A stretch of DNA of 20,408 bases from Deltaproteobacteria bacterium (GTDB lineage Bacteria > Myxococcota_A > UBA9160 > SMWR01), in the NCBI GenBank assembly GCA_032128375.1, contig JAQBGU010000234.1:1-20408 (forward strand), in the 5' to 3' direction. A model generated the notes under the pieces. The model worked only from the letters and a program-made list of their open reading frames with translations, ran no database searches and was not told where the DNA came from. The translations under genes and the position numbers were made by a program. Shown piece by piece: positions 9,063 through 16,112 of this stretch; the first letter of the stretch is position 1, and each line of letters opens with the position of its first letter.

Positions 9063-9108
9063 TCAAGTGGTTGTGTGACATGATCGGAGTCAACCCCAGA
9101 TTTTGTGG
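9061..9108. promoter_or_regulatory. Tandem NrdR boxes
   Basis: GCTCAAGTGGTTGTGT (9061-9076, weaker) and ACCCCAGATTTTGTGG (9093-9108) resemble the 16-bp NrdR consensus acaCwAtATaTwGtgt. They start 32 bp apart and lie upstream of a ribonucleotide reductase gene. Confidence 0.75.
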
Positions 9109-9116
9109 AATTCCCA

Positions 9117-9145
9117 TTGACGCCTTCCCGCGCCGGGAGTAAACC
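9117..9145 (+). promoter_or_regulatory. Sigma70-type promoter for the nrdJ leader
   Basis: TTGACG (9117-9122), 17 bp, TAAACC (9140-9145). Predicted start ~9151-9153, at the 5' arm of the structured RNA. Confidence 0.6.
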
Positions 9146-9152
9146 CGATAGA

Positions 9153-9297
9153 CGGAGATGAGACATGTCCTTTCGGCGGCCTGGGGGGGTTTCAAACAAC
9201 ACAGGCGGTCGCCGACTGGGAAGCGAGTTGGCGGAGGGATGGAGGACCCAATTCCGACTCGGGGGCCTTGGAGGTTCTAGGGCCTCTCTCATCTCCG
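9153..9297 (+). ncRNA. Putative structured cis-regulatory leader RNA or small RNA, family unassigned
   Basis: Perfect 11-bp closing helix CGGAGATGAGA (9153-9163) / TCTCATCTCCG (9287-9297) enclosing further hairpins (9210-9233 and 9262-9286). Confidence 0.5.
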
Positions 9298-9479
9298 GGA
9301 TCGCCTCGCTTCATGCCGGAGGGCCACTTGTGGGCTCAATCGGACTGAGGTTTGGCACAGCTTGAGAATCCAGCAGATCCAGCATCGAGCCCTGTACGTC
9401 TGATCAGGGTCCTATGAGGGGTCTGTGCACAACCGTCTTCGCGATTCGGTGAACGCGAAAACACAAAAGCCACCCAGTA

Positions 9480-9519
9480 ATGAGAAGATGAGAAGATGAG
9501 AAACTGAGAACTGAGAAAC
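9480..9519 (+). repeat. 8-nt tandem repeat TGAGAA(GA/AC) x5
   Basis: a-tgagaaga-tgagaaga-tgagaaac-tgagaac-tgagaaac. Confidence 0.9.
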
Positions 9520-9566
9520 CCGCGGCAACGAAACTGAAACAAGCTGAAACCAACAACAACCAGCGT

Positions 9567-9617
9567 CGAAACGAAACGACGAAACGACGAAACGACGAAA
9601 CAACGAAACGACGAAGC
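9567..9617 (+). repeat. 8-nt tandem repeat CGAAACGA x5 plus partial units
   Basis: cgaaa-cgaaacga-cgaaacga-cgaaacga-cgaaacaa-cgaaacga-cgaagc. Confidence 0.92.
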
Positions 9618-9641
9618 AGAGTCGCCGATCGAGGGGGGAGA

Positions 9642-9722
9642 GTGAAGGCTGTGAAGGGTGTGAAGGGTGTGAAGGGTCTGAAGGGTACGAAGGGTATGAA
9701 GGGTATGAAGGGTATGAAGGAA
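9642..9722 (+). repeat. 9-nt tandem repeat NTGAAGGGT x9 at the nrdJ start, encoding (x-K-G)n
   Basis: gtgaaggct, gtgaagggt x3, ctgaagggt, acgaagggt, atgaagggt x2, atgaaggaa. Confidence 0.95.
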
Positions 9723-12509
9723 AAGGCGGATGAAACGACCGACGGAACCCATGAACACGAACAAGGATCGCTGCGCGCGGTCGGTGCCAGCAGCCGTAAG
9801 AGCCGCGCCCATCGCGGCTTAGCGCTCTCGCGACACTTCACGAACCCCGGTGATGATCCATTCGGAGTTGTCGAATGGGAACGGCGTGGGGCCAAGATCG
9901 CCAACGAAAAGGGTGAGATCGTCTTCGAGCAGAATGACGTCGAGGTTCCCAAGAGTTGGTCAGCGTTGGCGACCAATGTAGTGATCTCGAAATACTTCCG
10001 CGGACACATGGATACCCCCGAGCGCGAAACGAGCGTCCGACAGCTGATCGGCCGCGTCGTCGGTCGCATTCGCAGCTGGGGGGACGAGTCCGGATATTTC
10101 CGAGACCCGGCAGATTCTCAGGTGTTCGCAGATGAACTGACGCACGTGCTGCTCACGCAGCGGATGGCGTTCAACAGTCCTGTCTGGTTCAACCTTGGCG
10201 TGCCAGGGGTTCCTCAGCAAGCCAGTGCCTGCTTCATCAATTCGGTCGATGACACCATGGAATCGATCATGGATCTCGCCAAGACCGAAGCGATGCTGTT
10301 CAAGGGTGGGTCGGGCGCAGGGTCGAACCTGTCGAAGATTCGCTCGTCTCGCGAGACCTTGGGCGGTGGTGGGACCGCGTCGGGTCCGGTTTCGTTCATG
10401 AAGGGCTTCGACGCGTTTGCAGGCGTCGTGAAATCCGGTGGTAAGACCCGCCGCGCCGCGAAGATGGTGATCTTGGATGTTGATCATCCCGACATCATGG
10501 AATTCATCCGATGCAAGGCGGAAGAAGAACAGAAAGCGTACACGTTGATCGATGCCGGCTACGACGGTGGTTTCAACGTGAGCGGTGGAGCCTACGATTC
10601 GGTCCACTACCAGAACGCCAATCACTCGGTTCGTGTAACTGATTCCTTCATGCACTCGGCCGTCGCGAACGGGAATTGGGAAACCCTCAGCGTGACGAGC
10701 GGCGCCGTCGTCGACCTGTACAAGTCACGCGACGTGTTGAACGAGATGGCCGAGGCCGCTCACCTGTGTGGTGATCCCGGCATGCAGTACGACACGACTA
10801 TCAATCGCTGGAATCCCGTCAAGGCTTCAGGACGGATCAACTCGAGCAATCCGTGCTCTGAATACATGTTCTTGGATGACACAGCCTGCAACCTGGCCAG
10901 CCTCAATCTGATGACATTCCTCGACGATTCCGGTGAGTTCGATATAGAGGGGTTCCAGCATGTGGTGAGGTTGACGATCCTCGCCCAGGAAATCATGGTC
11001 GATCACGCCAACTATCCGACGCCGGCGATCACCACCAACAGTCACCTATTCCGACCGTTGGGGCTGGGCTACGCCAACCTCGGAGCTCTGTTGATGAGTC
11101 TGGGCCTGCCCTATGACGACGACGAGGGACGCAACCTCGCGGCGGCGCTGACTGCGCTGATGTGTGGTGAGGCTTACTACACCAGTTCGCAGATCGCAGA
11201 AGTGACGGGGCCGTTTCGGCGCTATCGGATGAATCGCAAGCCGTTTTTGGAAGTGATCGGGATGCACGAACAGGCGGCACGCGACATCCCCGAGGCAGGT
11301 GTTCCCGACGCACTGATGGCGGCTGCACGCCAGAGTTGGCGAAACGCGCTCGATTCGGGGCGCAAGTTCGGTTTCAAGAACGCGCAGGTCACAGTTTTGG
11401 CTCCGACGGGGACGATCGCATTCATGATGGACTGCGATACGACTGGTGTGGAACCCGACATCGCGCTGATCAAGTACAAGAAGCTGGTCGGTGGTGGATT
11501 CCTCAAGCTCGTAAACAGGACTGTACCGCGAGCACTGCGTGTGCTCGGCTATTCGTCCGATCAGATCGAGAAAATCACCGCACACATCGATGAGACGGAG
11601 ACCATCGAAGGAGCGCCGGGACTGAAAGAAAAGGATGTCGGGGTGTTCGATTGCGCATTTCGCCCACAAAATGGGATTCGCTCGATCGATTGGATGGGCC
11701 ACGTTCGGATGATGAGTGCGGTACAACCGTTTCTATCGGGCGCGATCAGTAAGACTGTCAATCTGCCCAACGAAGCGACCGTCGATGATATCGCGCAGGC
11801 GTACATCGAAGGCTGGAAGCTGGGCCTGAAATCGCTCGCGGTGTATAGAGATGGCAGCAAGCGCACTCAGCCTCTCAACTCTGGGAGGGATGCCCGTGGC
11901 GAAAAAGAGGGCGAAAACGAACCGTTCGACTGGAAACCGCGCCGACGAAAACTCCCCGACGAGCGCGCGGCGGTGACGCACAAGTTTGCGATCGCTGGCC
12001 ACGAGGGATATCTCACAGTCGGCATGTACCACGACGGGAAGCCGGGTGAGATTTTCCTGAGAATGGCGAAAGAGGGGAGCACGGTGTCTGGGCTGATGGA
12101 CACAATCGCTCAGATGACTTCGATCGCGTTGCAGTACGGCGTTCCGCTCCAGGCTCTGGTGGACAAGTTCAGTCACACCCGCTTCGAGCCGGCGGGATTC
12201 ACCAACAACCGTTCGATCCCGATTGCGAAATCGTCAATGGACTACGTCTTTCGCTATCTCGGGAACCGCTTCTTGCAAGAGGAATCGATCGACGAGCAAG
12301 AGACGACGGAGCGGGAGATCGGGCTCGAAATCGTGTCGTCGCCGCGAGCGGTAGTGGCCGGCGGCTCGGGTGAAGGACCGCCCAAGCAGTCATACGGATT
12401 CATCAATCAAGCAGATGCGCCGAGTTGTCACAACTGCGGTTCGATCATGATACGCAACGGCGCTTGCTACAAGTGCGGCAACTGCGGGGAAACCAGCGGC
12501 TGTAGTTGA
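9642..12509 (+). CDS. nrdJ: Vitamin B12-dependent (class II) ribonucleotide reductase with TSCPD-like domain and C-terminal Zn-ribbon
   Basis: FNSPVWFN, QQASACFI, GGKTRRAAKM, thiyl-radical motif NPCSE, ACNLAS, LAPTGTI, GAISKTVN, YRDGSK and a CxxC...CxxC..GCS terminus. The true start could be any in-frame GTG/ATG between 9642 and 9714; GAGGGGGGAG precedes 9642. Confidence 0.96.
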   Translation: MKAVKGVKGVKGLKGTKGMKGMKGMKEKADETTDGTHEHEQGSLRAVGASSRKSRAHRGLALSRHFTNPGDDPFGVVEWERRGAKIANEKGEIVFEQNDVEVPKSWSALATNVVISKYFRGHMDTPERETSVRQLIGRVVGRIRSWGDESGYFRDPADSQVFADELTHVLLTQRMAFNSPVWFNLGVPGVPQQASACFINSVDDTMESIMDLAKTEAMLFKGGSGAGSNLSKIRSSRETLGGGGTASGPVSFMKGFDAFAGVVKSGGKTRRAAKMVILDVDHPDIMEFIRCKAEEEQKAYTLIDAGYDGGFNVSGGAYDSVHYQNANHSVRVTDSFMHSAVANGNWETLSVTSGAVVDLYKSRDVLNEMAEAAHLCGDPGMQYDTTINRWNPVKASGRINSSNPCSEYMFLDDTACNLASLNLMTFLDDSGEFDIEGFQHVVRLTILAQEIMVDHANYPTPAITTNSHLFRPLGLGYANLGALLMSLGLPYDDDEGRNLAAALTALMCGEAYYTSSQIAEVTGPFRRYRMNRKPFLEVIGMHEQAARDIPEAGVPDALMAAARQSWRNALDSGRKFGFKNAQVTVLAPTGTIAFMMDCDTTGVEPDIALIKYKKLVGGGFLKLVNRTVPRALRVLGYSSDQIEKITAHIDETETIEGAPGLKEKDVGVFDCAFRPQNGIRSIDWMGHVRMMSAVQPFLSGAISKTVNLPNEATVDDIAQAYIEGWKLGLKSLAVYRDGSKRTQPLNSGRDARGEKEGENEPFDWKPRRRKLPDERAAVTHKFAIAGHEGYLTVGMYHDGKPGEIFLRMAKEGSTVSGLMDTIAQMTSIALQYGVPLQALVDKFSHTRFEPAGFTNNRSIPIAKSSMDYVFRYLGNRFLQEESIDEQETTEREIGLEIVSSPRAVVAGGSGEGPPKQSYGFINQADAPSCHNCGSIMIRNGACYKCGNCGETSGCS

Positions 12510-12599
12510 GAAATGGTTGAAAAAGGGTTGATGCCCACAGGCAGGCGACAGGCCATCGAGCAAACGGCGTCTCGAACTTGGGGGGGTGAGAGGCGTCGG

Positions 12600-12652
12600 G
12601 CAGCGCGGGACCGTCGGGTCAATTGACCGGGCAGGTTCCGCGCTGCTTGTTC
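12600..12652 (+). terminator. Long GC hairpin downstream of nrdJ, probable terminator between convergent genes
   Basis: GCAGCGCGGGACC (12600-12612) / GGTTCCGCGCTGC (12634-12646), internal palindrome GGTCAATTGACC, followed by TTGTT. Confidence 0.55.
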
Positions 12653-12742
12653 GTGGGTTCGTTGGCGCGATACAGACGCCATGTCAGAGGCCAGTCTTGC
12701 CGGTATCTGATCTTGTCAGTCAACCGGTCAGTCGCGTCCGCG

Positions 12743-13162
12743 TCAATAAACCCAGCGACCGTCCTGAAAACGAAAAATCTCGGTCACGGGGACGCTGGAA
12801 GCCACCGAACAGTCGCTGCCGGCTTCTTGGCAGGTATAGACCTGTTCTGTGTACCGCAGGATCCCGATGAATGGTGAAACCGGGTGACCAGTCGGCCGCA
12901 ATTCGACCTTGTAGTCGTCACCGAAACCGCGGTAGGTGATGAGGCTGTGAGCCGCCCCGGGCCGAACAGTCGGCCGCTGTCGGTTCTGGGCCTCGCTGCT
13001 CTCCACCTTGCTCATCCATGTCTTGGCAAAAATACTCAGCGCGCTTCGCGCACTCTCGTCCGGAGTCGAGATCGCGGCGGGCGATCCGGCGCTGGCCGGT
13101 GTCGCGCCGATTCCGAGCAGTGCGATCGCAGTGATCACAACGGCCTGTATTGCTTGCTTCAT
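12743..13162 (-). CDS. Hypothetical secreted protein
   Basis: Signal peptide MKQAIQAVVITAIALLGIGATPASA, a Cys pair (CQEAGSDC) and a VTEIFRFQDGRWVY terminus. The start could instead be 13195. Confidence 0.72.
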   Translation of the reverse strand: MKQAIQAVVITAIALLGIGATPASAGSPAAISTPDESARSALSIFAKTWMSKVESSEAQNRQRPTVRPGAAHSLITYRGFGDDYKVELRPTGHPVSPFIGILRYTEQVYTCQEAGSDCSVASSVPVTEIFRFQDGRWVY

Positions 13163-13418
13163 CGTCACAAGGGTTGAGTGGGGGGTTCGGATCATGCTAA
13201 AGCTCCGATCGAGGTGCGATGTTTGGATCGCGGGGGTTTCGTTCTGGCTTCCCAATCGACAGACTTATCGCATGGCTGAAGTGAGACGACCTCAACCGTG
13301 ATGCCGCTCACAAAAAAACACTTCACACCTTTCAGCAGTGTGCAGACTTTCATCGTTCACTGGCAACCCCAATCATCTGGCTTCTGGGTTCCGAGTAGCC
13401 GATAGCGTCCCGGATAAC

Positions 13419-14255
13419 GTGCCCAACATTCATCACGACGCGCCGAGACCCTGCGAGTTTGTCCGAGTGCTGGCTCCCGCATTGCAGCAGGCCTCATCGA
13501 TCGCGCGAGCCCTGGAAGGCCGGGTTGCGAACCGACCGAAGCTCGGCGAAGCGACTGCTGTCAAAGCAGCACTCACCGGTGCAGACGGCGCATCCCAAGA
13601 GGCGCTGCTCATCCCACTGTTCGAGAACTTTCCTCACGTGCAGCTGGAGGCCGAGGAAGACACCCCGTCGGTTCGGCTCTTCACCAGTAAGTGTGACTCG
13701 CTGGTCGTGATCGACCCAATCGACGGGACGTTGCGCTTCTATCTGGAGGCGGCCGGTCCGTATGCAGTCATGATCGGGCTCGCACTGGCTGGAGAATATG
13801 TGGCGGGGTTGGTTGCGCTCCCGCGCGAGAAGCTGTGTTTCCAGGCAGTTCGAGGCGGCGGCGCCTTTGCGACGCTTGGCGACGGCCCCACCATCCCTAT
13901 TCGAGTATCCGAACCGACCGGAAACTGCGTTCTGGTATCGCACGACCTGCCTGAACCCGTGATCGGGCGTCTTCGCGATTGCGGCTACGATGTGTGCCCG
14001 GCGTCTGGCGGCGCCATCTCGGTCGCGCCACTGATTCCCGGAGTGAGAGCGGGCCTCCGCCTCGCGCGCCAAAATCCCGAAGGCGTGAGCATCCGAGGTC
14101 GTATCGGCGCGATGATCGCCCGTGAGGCAGGCCTGACGGTTCGAGGCGTCTCGGGAGCTTTCCCAACATCGATCCGCGAACCTGCAGACACGATGCTGGT
14201 CGCCTGCCACGCGGAAGATCTGCAGAACCTCGCCTCCGCCCTCCAATACACTTGA
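13419..14255 (+). CDS. Divergent inositol monophosphatase-family protein
   Basis: T.AD..SQ, AEED, VIDPIDGT, A.RGGGAF and I.REAG; lacks the WD motif. Start uncertain (GTG 13419 or 13338). Confidence 0.8.
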   Translation: MPNIHHDAPRPCEFVRVLAPALQQASSIARALEGRVANRPKLGEATAVKAALTGADGASQEALLIPLFENFPHVQLEAEEDTPSVRLFTSKCDSLVVIDPIDGTLRFYLEAAGPYAVMIGLALAGEYVAGLVALPREKLCFQAVRGGGAFATLGDGPTIPIRVSEPTGNCVLVSHDLPEPVIGRLRDCGYDVCPASGGAISVAPLIPGVRAGLRLARQNPEGVSIRGRIGAMIAREAGLTVRGVSGAFPTSIREPADTMLVACHAEDLQNLASALQYT

Positions 14256-14301
14256 AGCTGGACTGACAGCCTGCACCTGCTGTGTGACATAATCACCGGC
14301 A

Positions 14302-15276
14302 ATGGCGAGTCCCCAATCCAGCATGGTCGACATCCTCCGAGAGTTTTTGGAGGCCCAAGAGTTGCTCCAGCAGCTGAGCGACCGTTTTGAGCGCGATGAA
14401 CTCAGTTTTGCTGAGTTGCAGGCTTTTGTCGGCGACGACGACGGCCACGTGCTGTTCCGGTTGAAAGAGAAATGCCACGCGCTATTTCGGCCGGAAGCGG
14501 GAGGAGGCCAGCCACCGCGCGTCCGCGAGGCGTTATTCGACTTGGCAGTGGGCTCGCTGTTTCACGAGGCGATGAAATTTCGTGAAGACTTCTACCAGCG
14601 GGAAGTCTACGGCCCACGTGTGCGGAAGCTGCGCAGCGACGCCGGGACAGATGCCGACGACCTGTTCCTGCAGTTCGAACGACTTCTTTCGGCCGTCTCG
14701 GCCCGGCTCGGCGAGGGGTTGGCGCAAACGCAATCGTTGATGAACCAGAGCTGGAAACAGCTTCGAGTGTTGCTGGCTGATCAGCCCGACCCCGGTTTTG
14801 CCACGCGTTTCTTGATCGAGCGCCGAGTGACGCTAGATCGATTGAACTCTCCTGGGCTCGAGGCATTGCTGGGGGAAATTCACGGCGATGCCGCGAACGG
14901 CTACGAAATTGCCGGACGGTCGTATCTGGCGAGCGGTCACTACGAGGCCGCGCAGTCTGCCTTCGCGGAGGCGATGCGACGCGATGGCGACCTCGGCGAA
15001 GTCGAGCTGCTCTCGCTCTATGCCAGCGCGATGGCCGCGTACTTGGCTGGTCAATACGTCGAGACGGTGAGTCGCTTGGGCGAGTGGATCGACAGCGGAA
15101 GTACCGGCCCGGCGTCTCTCGAGGAAATTGCGATTGCGGCGCTCTCCAGCCTGAATCGGCTGGTCGACGAACGGGATCGAGACGCGGTCGTGCAGGCATC
15201 GTCGAAACTATTGGAGAAGATCCGCAGTTCGTCCGCCAGCCGTTCCGTCGAGTCTACGGGCGCTACGCCGGGGTAG
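14302..15276 (+). CDS. Hypothetical alpha-helical protein with a C-terminal TPR-like region
   Basis: Long ORF with host-like codon use; G..Y...G.YE.A...F..A TPR-like pattern; TGaCATAAT 8 nt upstream of ATG. Confidence 0.8.
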   Translation: MASPQSSMVDILREFLEAQELLQQLSDRFERDELSFAELQAFVGDDDGHVLFRLKEKCHALFRPEAGGGQPPRVREALFDLAVGSLFHEAMKFREDFYQREVYGPRVRKLRSDAGTDADDLFLQFERLLSAVSARLGEGLAQTQSLMNQSWKQLRVLLADQPDPGFATRFLIERRVTLDRLNSPGLEALLGEIHGDAANGYEIAGRSYLASGHYEAAQSAFAEAMRRDGDLGEVELLSLYASAMAAYLAGQYVETVSRLGEWIDSGSTGPASLEEIAIAALSSLNRLVDERDRDAVVQASSKLLEKIRSSSASRSVESTGATPG

Positions 15277-16009
15277 GGCGAGCACTGCGACGCAGATAGA
15301 CCCAGCCGCTGAGTCCGATCAAGATGAGACCAGCGCCAATCCATTGCGGCTCAGTCAGTCCGAAAGCGACTTCCGGGTTGACTCGCCAGTGCTCGATCAC
15401 CAAACGCCCCAACCCGTTGAGCGCAAGGTATTCGCCGAACAGGAACGGACTCCGCTTGCGGCGTACCCACAGGAACAGCGCGACCGGTAGCAGCCAGGCG
15501 ATTTCGTAGAGTTGGGTTGGGTGAACCGGCAGGGTCGTCGGTGGCGCGCCTCTCGGGAAAGAGATCGCCCACGGCACATCGGAGACCCGTCCGTAATCGT
15601 CTCCAACCAGAAAACAGCCGACGCGTCCGATCGCCTGGCCGACTGCACCAGCGACCGCTGTGCAATTTGCGAACACGAGGACAGAAATCCCGTGGATGCG
15701 GCAGCCAATCGCTCCGACCAGCGTTGCCATGATCAGCCCGCCATACCAGGTGATCCCGTCTCGGGCGAATAGCAGCTCGGAAATGGGCCGATCGTGACGA
15801 ATCGACACGTCGATTGCGTAGTAGAGCTTCGATCCGAGGATTCCGCCCATGATCACGTAGATCAGGATCGTTGTGGCCTGTTCGGGGTCGAGCCCCTCTT
15901 CGGCCATCCGCACGCCCGTGATCCACGATCCGACCAGGAAAGCGGTGGCGAGCATCAATCCAAACGTGCTGACGGTGTATCCAAATGCGGTAAAGAGTTC
16001 CGGATACAT
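15263..16009 (-). CDS. lgt: Prolipoprotein diacylglyceryl transferase
   Basis: MYPELF start, GITWYGG, GQAIGRVGCFLVGDDYG, HPTQLYE, R..IE.WR and T..QW. Confidence 0.93.
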   Translation of the reverse strand: MYPELFTAFGYTVSTFGLMLATAFLVGSWITGVRMAEEGLDPEQATTILIYVIMGGILGSKLYYAIDVSIRHDRPISELLFARDGITWYGGLIMATLVGAIGCRIHGISVLVFANCTAVAGAVGQAIGRVGCFLVGDDYGRVSDVPWAISFPRGAPPTTLPVHPTQLYEIAWLLPVALFLWVRRKRSPFLFGEYLALNGLGRLVIEHWRVNPEVAFGLTEPQWIGAGLILIGLSGWVYLRRSARPTPA

Positions 16010-16112
16010 GCGAGGCCGCAGCCTACGCAATGGCGCAATCCCCAGCAACCGTCCAGCGGGGAGTCTTGCGCTCACCGTGATGTCCGAATCAGCGTCTAGA
16101 GCGATGGTATGT

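Noticed and set aside
9205..9240. Canonical cobalamin riboswitch (ACTGGGAAG resembles part of the B12 box)
   Set aside because: I could not find the other conserved elements (AGGGAA-CGGTG-AA-TCC, CCC-C-ACTGT); reported as an unassigned structured RNA instead.
9480..9722. CRISPR array
   Set aside because: Units are 8-9 nt, directly tandem, with no spacers; no cas genes.
9336..10069. Minus-strand ORFs with HTL/FRRFVVSS/IPF repeats
   Set aside because: Antisense translations of the tandem repeats and of nrdJ, with no protein-like features.
9642..12509. Intein or intron in nrdJ (a common insertion target)
   Set aside because: The frame is continuous, NPCSE and other motifs are normally spaced, and there is no C...HN intein signature or endonuclease motif.
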